This document shows, in pieces, positions 10,587-21,261 of a stretch of 64,000 bases of DNA. The stretch is from Roseiflexaceae bacterium. Lineage in GTDB: Bacteria; Chloroflexota; Chloroflexia; Chloroflexales; Roseiflexaceae. A model generated the notes under the pieces. The model was not told the DNA's origin. It was given only the letters and a program-made list of their open reading frames with translations, and ran no database searches. The stretch is from contig JBMTAN010000002.1 of NCBI GenBank assembly GCA_049428765.1, positions 589 through 64,588 on the forward strand, read 5' to 3'. Numbering within the stretch: the stretch's first letter is position 1; every line of letters starts with the position of its first letter. The translations under genes and the position numbers were made by a program.

Positions 10587-11903
10587 CTACGTATCCATGC
10601 GCCACAAATCCGCATACGACTCACGGCGACGCATCACTCGTACCTGCCCATGACGCACAAGTAATGCGGTTGGACGCGGCACCATATTATAGTTACTCGC
10701 CATACTTAATGTATAGGCACCTGACACGGCCAATGCCACCAGATCACCCACCATAGGACTTGCCAGCGCCGTATCTTTGAGCAGAAAATCGCCTGACTCG
10801 CAATAGCGCCCAGCCACATTGACCACCTCATCAGCAGTATCAAAGGCCCGATTGGCCACAAGCGCCGTGTACTTGGCACCGTATAACACAGGTCGAATGT
10901 TATCGGCCATTCCACCATCAACATGCACCCAGCGTGGCAAATCACGGACTGGCTTTGAGCCAATCACCCGGTAAATCGCCACACCCGCCCGCGCCACAAT
11001 CGAACGCCCGGGCTCAAGCTCAAGGCGCAAGCGCGGCAAGCCATGTCGCGCGCACCCCTGTTGCAACTTTTGCCACATCGCTGCCACACTTGTAGCAATA
11101 TCGGGTGGCTGTTGATGATCCAGATAGGCCACTGCCAAGCCCCCACCGATGTTCAGAGCCTCGATAGGTAGCTGATAGGTATTACGCAACATGACAACCT
11201 GCTCAAGCAATACATCAATCGCCGCTACATGTGTATGCGCATCAAAAATCTGCGAACCAAGGTGCGCATGAATGGCCGTCAAGCGCAATCCGGACGCTTG
11301 CGCGAGTAACGCGCCAACCTGTGGCATCTGCTCAATCGGGAAGCCGAATTTTGAGGCGTAGTGTCCCGTCTGAATATGCACATGTGTATCAGTCGCAATA
11401 TCTGGTGTCACACGAATTTGAATGGGGAATGGTGTAGTACGTCCAGCAGTTTTGGCCATCAACAACTGAAGTTCATCAAGATTATCAACGACAATCGCCC
11501 CAATACCAGCAGCCAACGCCTCATCCAACTCACGTGGTGTTTTGGCATTACCGTGCATATGGATGTGCATCGGGTCAACCCCTGCATGCAACGCAAGCGC
11601 CAACTCGCCCCCCGACACCACATCGAGTGCCAGCCCTTCACTGTGGACAACCTGCGCAATCATCGTATTCAGTAGGGCTTTGCCAGCATAGTGCACCACA
11701 GCGTCGGTAGCGCCACAGGTCACACAGGCATCACGATAGGCCTGACACATCTCACGAATCGTCACTTCATCGAAGATATACAGCGGGGTATCATACTGTG
11801 TGGCGAGCTCCGTCACATCATGGCCGGCAATCAACAAATGACCGTTAGGGGCAATAGTGGCCGTCTTTGGCCAGACATGACTCAGTGACATGCGCATCTC
11901 CAC
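10587..11903 (-). CDS. lysA: diaminopimelate decarboxylase
   Basis: 438 aa with PLP-fold III motifs (YAGKAL, HLGSQ, GGGLAV, CESGD). GTG start. Confidence 0.9.
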   Translation of the reverse strand: MEMRMSLSHVWPKTATIAPNGHLLIAGHDVTELATQYDTPLYIFDEVTIREMCQAYRDACVTCGATDAVVHYAGKALLNTMIAQVVHSEGLALDVVSGGELALALHAGVDPMHIHMHGNAKTPRELDEALAAGIGAIVVDNLDELQLLMAKTAGRTTPFPIQIRVTPDIATDTHVHIQTGHYASKFGFPIEQMPQVGALLAQASGLRLTAIHAHLGSQIFDAHTHVAAIDVLLEQVVMLRNTYQLPIEALNIGGGLAVAYLDHQQPPDIATSVAAMWQKLQQGCARHGLPRLRLELEPGRSIVARAGVAIYRVIGSKPVRDLPRWVHVDGGMADNIRPVLYGAKYTALVANRAFDTADEVVNVAGRYCESGDFLLKDTALASPMVGDLVALAVSGAYTLSMASNYNMVPRPTALLVRHGQVRVMRRRESYADLWRMDT

Positions 11904-11911
11904 TTTGCAAT

Positions 11912-11944
11912 AAAAAACCGTACCGGTGGAAGTCCACCGGTACG
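11912..11944 (-). terminator. rho-independent terminator after tpx
   Basis: On the minus strand, a CGTACCGGTGG/CCACCGGTACG stem is followed by TTTTTTATT. Confidence 0.75.
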
Positions 11945-11966
11945 ATTATACCAATCAGGCAGTGAA

Positions 11967-12476
11967 TTAAAGCAGACCGGCTAATACGGCAAGGGCTGCA
12001 TCGTAATTTGGATGCTGACCTGCATTAGGCACGTACTCGGCATACTGAATCACGCCAGCGGCGTCGACCACAAATACGGCACGGCTCTCGAGACGAATCT
12101 CTTTGACATAGGTGCCGTAGGCGGCCCCGAATGCCATGGTACGATGATCTGAGGCAACCACGATGTTCTTGATTTCGTTGGCACCACAGTAGCGACGCAA
12201 CGCAAATGGCAGGTCTGCTGTCACTGACAAGAACGTAATCTTGTCGCCATGTGTGCCGGCCTCTTCGTTGAAGCGCTTGGTCTGCAAATCACAGACGCCG
12301 GTATCAACTGATGGGGCAACGCTCACCAACATTGGCTTGCCGGCCATGCTAGCACTATCAATATCCTTGAGGTCTTGACCCAATAACACAAAGGCTGGCG
12401 CCTTATCGCCGACCTTGAGCTCAGGCCCGACCAATGTCTTTGGCCCGATAAAATCAAAAGCGTTGGCACGCTCCAT
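11967..12476 (-). CDS. tpx: thiol peroxidase
   Basis: 169 aa. It has the Tpx peroxidatic Cys context SVDTGVCDLQ and the resolving Cys region. Confidence 0.9.
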   Translation of the reverse strand: MERANAFDFIGPKTLVGPELKVGDKAPAFVLLGQDLKDIDSASMAGKPMLVSVAPSVDTGVCDLQTKRFNEEAGTHGDKITFLSVTADLPFALRRYCGANEIKNIVVASDHRTMAFGAAYGTYVKEIRLESRAVFVVDAAGVIQYAEYVPNAGQHPNYDAALAVLAGLL

Positions 12477-12530
12477 GCGCAGACTCCTCTAGTTGCTACG
12501 ATAACGAATGGACACACCAGTATCACTATA

Positions 12531-12568
12531 CCAAAAAACAAACCGCGGGGCAGATATCTGCCCCGCGG
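12531..12568 (-). terminator. rho-independent terminator after metK
   Basis: On the minus strand, the perfect 26-nt palindrome CCGCGGGGCAGATATCTGCCCCGCGG is followed by TTTGTTTTTTGG. Confidence 0.85.
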
Positions 12569-12585
12569 CCAAAAGACACACCTTA

Positions 12586-13797
12586 TTAGAGACCAGCAGC
12601 ACGACGCAATGCATCGGCCTTATCAGTGGCCTCCCATGGCAAATCGATATCGGTACGACCGAAGTGACCATAGGCTGCCGTCTGACGATAAATCGGGCGG
12701 CGCAACTTGAGGTCGCGGATAATGGCACCTGGGCGCAGGTCAAACATCTCATCGATCAACTTGGCCAACTTGGTCTCATCGATATTGGCTGTGCCATAAC
12801 TCTCAATGCTGATTGAGACAGGGCGGGCCACACCGATGGCGTATGACAACTGCACCTCAAAGCGATCAGCCAAGCCAGCAGCAACTACGTTCTTAGCGAC
12901 GTAGCGGGCTGCATAGGCAGCACTACGATCGACCTTTGTCGGGTCCTTGCCTGAGAATGCGCCACCGCCATGACGCGCAACGCCACCGTAGGTATCGACG
13001 ATAATCTTGCGACCAGTCAAGCCGGCGTCACCATGTGGGCCACCAACAATGAACTGACCAGTTGGGTTGATGTGAATTTTAGGATTGTCCAACATATCAG
13101 CTGGCAACACCGTATTCAAGATGTGCTCTTGGATCTGCGCACGTAAGTGCTCTTGATCTGTTTCAGCCGTGTGTTGCGTGCTCAAAACCACCGTGTTGAT
13201 GCGCTTTGGTTTGCCATACTCGTACTCCACCGTAACTTGACTCTTGCCGTCTGGGCCGAGAAACGGCAACTTGCCGCTCTTGCGAGCCACAGCTAACTCA
13301 CGAGTCAAACGATGTGACAAGCTGATGGTCAGGGGCATCAACTCAGGCGTCTCATTACAGGCGAAGCCAATCATCATACCTTGGTCACCGGCACCAACAG
13401 CCTCGACTTCGGCATCTGTCATTTCACCGGTCTTTGCTTCGTATGCCTTGTCGACACCCATGGCGATGTCGGGTGACTGACCATGGAGGGATACGACCAC
13501 ACCACAGCTGTCGGCGTCGAAGTAGAACTTACCGCCGGTATAGCCGATTTCTTTGACGGTCTGGCGTACAATATCTTGAATATCACCGACATTGCCATTG
13601 ACAGTTACTTCACCCATCACGGCAATCAAACCGGTGGTCGTAGCAGTCTCACAAGCGACGCGGGCACGGGGATCAACAGTCAAAAACGCATCCAGAATGG
13701 CGTCAGATACCTGATCGCACAACTTATCCGGATGACCCTCGGTTACTGATTCTGACGTGAATAGCAACGACGGGGATTTCATAAAAGTGGTTGACAT
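12586..13797 (-). CDS. metK: S-adenosylmethionine synthetase
   Basis: 403 aa with motifs GHPDK, GAGDQG and [14 protein letters not shown] lies 7 nt upstream. Confidence 0.95.
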   Translation of the reverse strand: MSTTFMKSPSLLFTSESVTEGHPDKLCDQVSDAILDAFLTVDPRARVACETATTTGLIAVMGEVTVNGNVGDIQDIVRQTVKEIGYTGGKFYFDADSCGVVVSLHGQSPDIAMGVDKAYEAKTGEMTDAEVEAVGAGDQGMMIGFACNETPELMPLTISLSHRLTRELAVARKSGKLPFLGPDGKSQVTVEYEYGKPKRINTVVLSTQHTAETDQEHLRAQIQEHILNTVLPADMLDNPKIHINPTGQFIVGGPHGDAGLTGRKIIVDTYGGVARHGGGAFSGKDPTKVDRSAAYAARYVAKNVVAAGLADRFEVQLSYAIGVARPVSISIESYGTANIDETKLAKLIDEMFDLRPGAIIRDLKLRRPIYRQTAAYGHFGRTDIDLPWEATDKADALRRAAGL

Positions 13798-13839
13798 GCT
13801 CTATCCTTACATCTAGCTAGATATACAATCGCACACACA

Positions 13840-13868
13840 CCCCACGCTGTCAGAATGACAGCGTGGGG
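13840..13868 (-). terminator. hairpin between ahcY and metK (13-bp stem, GAA loop)
   Basis: CCCCACGCTGTCA-gaa-TGACAGCGTGGGG sits 10 nt after the ahcY stop. No clear U-tract follows. Confidence 0.4.
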
Positions 13869-13877
13869 TGGTGATAA

Positions 13878-15173
<1,296 letters not shown>

Positions 15174-16175
15174 TTACATTCCAACGAACTCACACTGACC
15201 ACTGTGCATCGCACGGTGCCATGCATCAATAACCTGGGCGTTGGACAGTGTGGCTGACGACTGTGTCAATACCAAGCGCTGTGCGGGAGCTGATGCTACC
15301 GCATGCACAAAAACCTCGGCCTGATGCACAAAATGACTGGCAGGTGGCACCACTATTTGCGACTCTTTGGCAAAGTGGGCTCCACGCCACAGACGCACAA
15401 CCGACACACGATCAGGGAAGACCGTGAATGGTCGCTCAATCTCTATTACACCATCATACCCGATAATTCGTGCTTGTTGGTAAAATCCGCCCAAAAAGCT
15501 TACATTTATCTGGGTTTGACACTGGTGTTGATAGCCAAATATCCCCGACGCCAATACGTCAACGTCGTTGCCTCCACGCATACCCAGAGCATAGACGGTA
15601 GTCGGCGTCATGTGGGTCACCAACTGTGCTAGGCTGACACCGTAACAGCCAATGTCATAAATTGCCCCACCACCGACAGACTCTACCATGCGGATATCCT
15701 GTGGGTTATCTTGACGATAACCGAAGTTTACCTGCACCTGTCGGACCTCGCCAATATCACCCGCAGCAATCAATGCCAATACCTGCGCAGTTTGTGGATG
15801 GAATCGATACATCATCGCCTCCATCACAACCACATTGGCCTGATTGGCAGCCTGCTGGATTAATGTTACCTCAGCAGCACTACACGCCATTGGCTTTTCG
15901 ATCAAGACATGCTTGCCAGCAGCAATCGCCGCCAGCGCTACCGATGCATGCATGTGGTTCGGGAGCGCAATATACACTGCATCAATGGTATTATCTTGCC
16001 AAATACCATCGAGCGTATCGTAGACAGTCGGTGCACCCAGCACATTCGCAAGATCTTGGGCGGCATCACGTCGACGCGCATACACCGCCCGGATTACGAC
16101 GGATGTTGACTGCTGCATCGCCAAACCGACCTTGCGAGCAATACGCCCAGCCCCGATAATTGCCCAGCGGAGCAT
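15174..16175 (-). CDS. Gfo/Idh/MocA family NAD(P)-dependent oxidoreductase
   Basis: 333 aa. It has the N-terminal Rossmann motif MLRWAIIGAGRIARK and the EKP motif (VLIEKPMA). Confidence 0.85.
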   Translation of the reverse strand: MLRWAIIGAGRIARKVGLAMQQSTSVVIRAVYARRRDAAQDLANVLGAPTVYDTLDGIWQDNTIDAVYIALPNHMHASVALAAIAAGKHVLIEKPMACSAAEVTLIQQAANQANVVVMEAMMYRFHPQTAQVLALIAAGDIGEVRQVQVNFGYRQDNPQDIRMVESVGGGAIYDIGCYGVSLAQLVTHMTPTTVYALGMRGGNDVDVLASGIFGYQHQCQTQINVSFLGGFYQQARIIGYDGVIEIERPFTVFPDRVSVVRLWRGAHFAKESQIVVPPASHFVHQAEVFVHAVASAPAQRLVLTQSSATLSNAQVIDAWHRAMHSGQCEFVGM

Positions 16176-16177
16176 AC

Positions 16178-17155
16178 CTATTCGGCCCCCAACGCACGTG
16201 CAACCGCTATATCATGTCCATAGGCGGTCACATAACGCTCATAAAACTGTGCTGGCGTATACAGATGCTCTTGACAGCCGTGATGCTCGATGGCATAGGC
16301 ACCAGCCAACGATGCAATCTTGCCACAACTCCCGGCTGGCAACCCTTTTGACAAACCAAAGACGAATCCGGCCAAATAGGCGTCACCAGCACCAGTGGGA
16401 TCGCGTACCTCATCAACGGGCGCAACATCAATCTCGGTGACGACACAGCTCCCAAAACGCGCATCCGAGATAAACGAGCCCTTCTCACCACGGGTTAAGA
16501 CCGTCAGCGGTACACTATCAATTAACTCCTGCTCGCTTTTACCAGTCATCTGTGCCATCATGGCAAACTCATAGTCATTACCAATCAAGACATACGCTCC
16601 ATTGAGACCATCGAGAATCTGCTCAGCGGTCAACCGTGGCGTCTGTTTGCCCGGATCAAACATAAATGGCACACCCATCTGACGACACTCGCTGACGTAG
16701 CGCGCCATTGCATCAGGGTCCGTTGGCGAGATGATGACCAAATCATCTGCAGTTAATCCATGCCCGAGTAACGACAAATCGCGCGATCGCGCCATAGCAC
16801 CCGTATAAAATGCCACCAACTGATTGTTGGATTGATCGGTATTGATAAAACATGACGCCGTAAACTCGCCGACCACCTCATGAATGCCCGACTCGTCAAT
16901 CCCCTGATTGCTCATCCACTGACGATACTCACCAAAATCCTGCCCAGCCGAGGCAACCACCAATGGACGCTGACCCAACAATGCTAACGAATAGGCGATA
17001 TTACCAGCCACACCACCACGCATGCGCTTCATCGAGTCCACCAAAAAGCTGACTGACAACATGTGGACACGGTCAGGCAAAATGTGATCTTTGAAGTATC
17101 CGGGGAAGTTCATGATATAGTCGTATGCCAACGATCCTGTCACTACTACGCGCAT
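16178..17155 (-). CDS. PfkB-family kinase, adenosine kinase-like
   Basis: 325 aa. The N-terminus MRVVVTGSLAYDYIMNFPGYF...LSVSFLVD...RGGVAGNIAY resembles mycobacterial-type adenosine kinase as I recall it. It has the PfkB DPTGAGDA motif and an ahcY context. Confidence 0.7.
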   Translation of the reverse strand: MRVVVTGSLAYDYIMNFPGYFKDHILPDRVHMLSVSFLVDSMKRMRGGVAGNIAYSLALLGQRPLVVASAGQDFGEYRQWMSNQGIDESGIHEVVGEFTASCFINTDQSNNQLVAFYTGAMARSRDLSLLGHGLTADDLVIISPTDPDAMARYVSECRQMGVPFMFDPGKQTPRLTAEQILDGLNGAYVLIGNDYEFAMMAQMTGKSEQELIDSVPLTVLTRGEKGSFISDARFGSCVVTEIDVAPVDEVRDPTGAGDAYLAGFVFGLSKGLPAGSCGKIASLAGAYAIEHHGCQEHLYTPAQFYERYVTAYGHDIAVARALGAE

Positions 17156-17166
17156 CTGCCTACTCC

Positions 17167-18198
17167 TTATACTCGTTGTTCAAAATAGTGTCGCAGCTTA
17201 TCTGCGACCTGACATGTCACATTCATTGCTTGAGTGGCGTTCGCCACATTGGTCTGACCAAACGACGTGACTGGCATCACCATCAACTGGTTTGCGAGCA
17301 CATGTGCATCAATACCGGATTGGATCAACTGCTCCACTATCGGAATCAAACTACGCATCACTATCGCCACGTCATCGACTGCATCGCTCACTGCCACACA
17401 GCCCAAGCCTAATACACCCTTCCGTGTAAAAAACTGCTGGAGCGGGAGAATAGCATTAAGAAGCGCACCTACGCCCATACTTTCACAAATATTGACCACA
17501 AACACATCAACAGGCAACTGAATCAGATCACCGATTTGACGTGTGGCACCAACAATTAAGCCACGTTTTACGTGTGGTGCTGGAATAACAGACAATATGC
17601 GCGATAATGCCCACACCATATCGTCACGGTCAATCTCCATAAACGGTGAGTTCATCACATCAAGGAATGGCTCCTCGATACACATCAATACCGGCCGTTG
17701 TATAGCTTGTAATTGCGCAACCTGCCAACGCACGCGTTGAATGAGATGGATGACTAACCCCTCAAAAAGCGTTGCATCATTAATAATTGGCGTCTGTGTC
17801 TCATCGTTTAACTGGGCTGCTAACGAAATGGGACCAAGGATTTGGCCCTTGATACCACGCTCAGGTGCCAACTCCTTGGCGAACGTCTCGAACGTCAACA
17901 ACCCCTCAGCCTCGCGCAGGCGCAAGGGTATCTGGTGCGGGCGTCGCTCAAGGTAATCCAGCGCCAAGCGAGTTAACTGTGCGTCGCTTTCACGGCGATG
18001 TACCACCACAAGCCGTTGTTTTTCGTCAACTACAACTCCTGGGAACCCATAGCTTGACTGTACGACACTCCGCTCCCAAAAGCTACGCTGTGGTAATTGC
18101 GGCCATGATACCCATGGCGCAGGGCACTCGCGGAGGAATTGCCATGCTTCTTCAATATTCGTATGCGGTAACGAGCCAAAAAAGAGCGGTGCAACCAC
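17167..18198 (-). CDS. MetE-fold (cobalamin-independent methionine synthase C-terminal-domain-like) protein of uncertain function
   Basis: 343 aa. Landmarks aligned by eye to the MetE/core-MetE fold are FGSLPHT, KGQILGPISLA and CIEEPFL. The expected H-x-C and P-D-C-G zinc motifs read N-I-C and P-V-T-S-F-G. Confidence 0.55.
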   Translation of the reverse strand: MVAPLFFGSLPHTNIEEAWQFLRECPAPWVSWPQLPQRSFWERSVVQSSYGFPGVVVDEKQRLVVVHRRESDAQLTRLALDYLERRPHQIPLRLREAEGLLTFETFAKELAPERGIKGQILGPISLAAQLNDETQTPIINDATLFEGLVIHLIQRVRWQVAQLQAIQRPVLMCIEEPFLDVMNSPFMEIDRDDMVWALSRILSVIPAPHVKRGLIVGATRQIGDLIQLPVDVFVVNICESMGVGALLNAILPLQQFFTRKGVLGLGCVAVSDAVDDVAIVMRSLIPIVEQLIQSGIDAHVLANQLMVMPVTSFGQTNVANATQAMNVTCQVADKLRHYFEQRV

Positions 18199-18208
18199 AA
18201 CTTTCGCC

Positions 18209-19252
18209 TTACTCCTGCATCAAATCGGCCAAGCCACTCGTATATGGCGACATCACTACGCCACGCTCACAAATAATCCCGCTAATTAACCGTGCCGGTG
18301 TTACATCAAAGGCCGGATGCGCAGCCCGCACTCCCTCAGGGGCAATCCGCCGACCACTAATCATTGTGACCTCGTCAGACGACCGCTCTTCAATTGGGAT
18401 CATGCTGCCATCGCTAATACGCATATCAATCGTTGATGTCGGCGCAGCCACATACATCGGGATACCATGAGCATGAGCCAATACTGCCAACCCATAGGTG
18501 CCAATCTTGTTCGCGACATCACCATTGGCAGCAATGCGATCGGCACCAACAATGATACAGTCGACCAGCCCCTGCCCCATAAAATACGCTGCCATGTTGT
18601 CCGTAATCAACGTCAACGGCACACCGGCTCGTTGCAACTCAAACGCCGTCAAACGCGCACCTTGCAAATACGGTCGTGTCTCGTCAACATAGACATGGAT
18701 TTGACGGCCCAGCTCGTGGGCACGATAGATCGGCCCCAATGCAGTACCATAACCAGCAGTCGCGAGTCCACCTGCATTGCAGTGTGTCAAGACGCGTCCA
18801 CGCGCTGGAATTAATGGCTCGCCATGACGACCAATGGATTGACACATGGCCAAATCTTCATCAAAAATCGCCTGAGCTTCACGTTGCATCGCTAGGCGAA
18901 ATGCATCAATGGGCAAATGCTGTTGAGTCACCGCAAAGTCATACATCCGCCGTGTCGCCCAAAACAAATTCACTGCCGTCGGTCGCGAGGCATCGAGTTG
19001 TGTCCGGGCGGCCGCTAATGCCGGCAATAGCTCGTGGCTCTGTTGGGCAGGTGTGTGGGTAGCAACCAAGGCCATACCGTAGGCAGCAGTACAGCCAATT
19101 GCCGGCGCACCGCGCACCTGCATCGAGCGAATCGACTCGGCCACATCTGCAACCGTTGTATATCGATTGACCACCTCTTGTTGCGGGAGCAGACGCTGAT
19201 CAAGCACAAGCACACCACCATCAGCCCATGCCACCGATTGTAGTTGGGTCAT
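18209..19252 (-). CDS. mtnA: S-methyl-5-thioribose-1-phosphate isomerase
   Basis: eIF-2B-related MtnA sequence (VRGAPAIG, THCNAG, ETRP..QG, GADRIA.NGD). Start refined to MTQLQSVAW. Confidence 0.9.
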   Translation of the reverse strand: MTQLQSVAWADGGVLVLDQRLLPQQEVVNRYTTVADVAESIRSMQVRGAPAIGCTAAYGMALVATHTPAQQSHELLPALAAARTQLDASRPTAVNLFWATRRMYDFAVTQQHLPIDAFRLAMQREAQAIFDEDLAMCQSIGRHGEPLIPARGRVLTHCNAGGLATAGYGTALGPIYRAHELGRQIHVYVDETRPYLQGARLTAFELQRAGVPLTLITDNMAAYFMGQGLVDCIIVGADRIAANGDVANKIGTYGLAVLAHAHGIPMYVAAPTSTIDMRISDGSMIPIEERSSDEVTMISGRRIAPEGVRAAHPAFDVTPARLISGIICERGVVMSPYTSGLADLMQE

Positions 19253-19333
19253 AACCGTTAACCTTTGTATATCAAACTGATGACACACCGATAATGAAGT
19301 ATATCACAACCCCTTTGTTATCACGATGTGCCG

Positions 19334-19339
19334 TATAAT
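19334..19339 (+). promoter_or_regulatory. perfect TATAAT -10 box upstream of the ABC-exporter leader
   Basis: TATAAT read directly. No well-spaced -35 is present (TTGTTA lies only 13 nt upstream). Confidence 0.3.
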
Positions 19340-19376
19340 AGTCCTGTTCACCCGCGTATCACAGAGGAGCACTCCA

Positions 19377-19436
19377 ATGACAGTCATCACCATCACGTGT
19401 GCTATGGACCTGGTAGCGGATCTGACGACACACTAA
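19377..19436 (+). CDS. putative 19-aa leader peptide MTVITITCAMDLVADLTTH
   Basis: AGAGGAG lies 8 nt upstream of the ATG. The ORF sits between the TATAAT box and a terminator-like hairpin. No homology evidence is possible here. Confidence 0.3.
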   Translation: MTVITITCAMDLVADLTTH

Positions 19437-19477
19437 ACTCCCTCGACTACCACGCCATTTGTACACTCCCTGATGCA

Positions 19478-19525
19478 GTCGTGAGGCCCTTTGGGGTCAC
19501 GACCAGTTTGTTGTTGCATTTTTTG
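19478..19525 (+). terminator. terminator-like hairpin plus T-rich tract in the ABC-exporter leader (possible attenuator)
   Basis: GTCGTGAGGCCC-ttt-GGGGTCACGAC is followed by CAGTTTGTTGTTGCATTTTTTG, 18 nt before the ABC gene start. Confidence 0.4.
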
Positions 19526-19542
19526 ATAGGAGTGTCCCATTT

Positions 19543-21261
19543 ATGTCGTTTTTTCGATCGCCGAGCATCCGACTCGCTCTCGCGGCTAGTCGCTGGCTCT
19601 GGCTTATCCTTGTGCTTGCCGGTCTGACTGCAGTTATGACCGTTAGTCAGCCATTTATTGTGCAACGTATCATCGATGCCGCACTCGCCCAACAATCACT
19701 GATCCCGTACGTACTTCCATACCTAGCAGTGGTGGTAAGTGTGCCCATCGTACAGTTGCTCATCAGTAGCATCGCCAGTCATAGCGCTTGGAACGCCACC
19801 AACGCCCTACGGCACGCTACCGCCACAGCAATTTTTGCCCAGCCGCTCGACTTTTTTCGCAGTCACGGTATCGGTGAGCTAAGTGAACGCATCGATGCTG
19901 ATAGTGGCCAGTTACACGGCGTTTTTGGCGAGGCAAGTGCGCGACTCGTCAGCACAATGATTCTTGTAATCAGCGTAGGATTCACCACCTGGCTGATAGA
20001 TCCACTCGTATTTGTCGTGATGATGCTCTACCTCAGCATCGGCATCACCATCATCGCTTGGAGCCAACGCGACAATCACCACGATTGGGAGGCCGAACGC
20101 GGCGCCGATGCAGCATTGTATGACACGATTGAGGAAAGCTTTGCCAGTGTGACTGACATACGTGCAGTTGGTGCCGAATCTCGCCTACATCAACGTCTGA
20201 CTCCACGCATCGCCACACTCCTACATACCCATCGTACGGCTCGCCTACGCAGCCAAGTTGCCCAACTGACCTCGACCACCATCAACGCCGTTGGTTGGTT
20301 ATTGGCAATTGGCATCGGTATTTGGCGCTACCAGAATGGCACCGGTAGTATTGGTGAGGCTGTAGCATTGCTCGGTTATGTTACACTATTGATCAAGCCT
20401 ATTGATGAGGTTCGCGGGATTGTCCAAGAGTACCAGCAGGCCCGTGGCGTCATCAGTCGCATCGACGAACTAATGCAACCGATACCCTTCGTTGACGGCA
20501 GACAGACACTGCCATCAGGGCCACTGTCAGTGCGCCTCGAACAGGTAAGCTACCGCTACCCAAGTAGTCCTGATTGGGTGATTCGTGACCTGTCGTTGAC
20601 TATCCCTGCCGGTACCCACGTAGCCATCATTGGGCGCACCGGCAGTGGCAAAACCACTCTCGGTCGATTGGTTAGTCGAATCGAACGCGCCCAACACGGC
20701 TCCATCCTACTTAACAACATCCCCATCAATGACATCAGTGAATCATCATTGCGCAATTCGGTCGGTGTCATCAGCCAAGAGAGCGATATTTTTAATGCCA
20801 CACTGCGTGACAATATCACCTGCTTTGCCACTGGCTACACCGATGCCACCATCAGCACTGCCCTGCATGACTGTGGGCTCGGCGATTGGCTGAAATTGCT
20901 ACCTGATGGTCTCGACACACCAATTGGCGACGGTGAACACGCCTTGTCGCCTGGTGAGCAACAACTGCTCGCCGTAGCCCGTATCGCCATCAGGCAGCCT
21001 GGCATCATTGTGCTTGATGAGGCCAGTGCCCATGTCGACCCGGCCAACGAACAACGTATCGCCACGGCCCTGGTCAATCTGACGAACAAGCGCACCACGC
21101 TCACCATTGCCCATCGACTCAACACGGTCTATGCTGCCGACCTTGTCATCATCATGGCTGACGGCGTGGTCATAGAGTCTGGAGTTCCACAACAGCTCGC
21201 TGCCACGCCGGGTAGTCATTTTGCCACCCTCTTGGCCACTAACCTAACAGAGGTGTTATGA
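19543..21261 (+). CDS. ABC exporter, fused permease/ATPase subunit 1 (non-canonical signature LSPGEQQ)
   Basis: 572 aa. Six-TM region followed by an NBD with Walker A GRTGSGKTT, signature LSPGEQQ and Walker B IIVLDEAS. Confidence 0.9.
   Translation: MSFFRSPSIRLALAASRWLWLILVLAGLTAVMTVSQPFIVQRIIDAALAQQSLIPYVLPYLAVVVSVPIVQLLISSIASHSAWNATNALRHATATAIFAQPLDFFRSHGIGELSERIDADSGQLHGVFGEASARLVSTMILVISVGFTTWLIDPLVFVVMMLYLSIGITIIAWSQRDNHHDWEAERGADAALYDTIEESFASVTDIRAVGAESRLHQRLTPRIATLLHTHRTARLRSQVAQLTSTTINAVGWLLAIGIGIWRYQNGTGSIGEAVALLGYVTLLIKPIDEVRGIVQEYQQARGVISRIDELMQPIPFVDGRQTLPSGPLSVRLEQVSYRYPSSPDWVIRDLSLTIPAGTHVAIIGRTGSGKTTLGRLVSRIERAQHGSILLNNIPINDISESSLRNSVGVISQESDIFNATLRDNITCFATGYTDATISTALHDCGLGDWLKLLPDGLDTPIGDGEHALSPGEQQLLAVARIAIRQPGIIVLDEASAHVDPANEQRIATALVNLTNKRTTLTIAHRLNTVYAADLVIIMADGVVIESGVPQQLAATPGSHFATLLATNLTEVL

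Noticed and set aside
13798-13877. SAM or SAH riboswitch upstream of metK or ahcY
   Set aside because: The metK leader is at most about 80 nt and is mostly occupied by a simple hairpin. The ahcY leader is 30 nt. Neither can hold a riboswitch aptamer, and no conserved SAM-I or SAH cores were seen.
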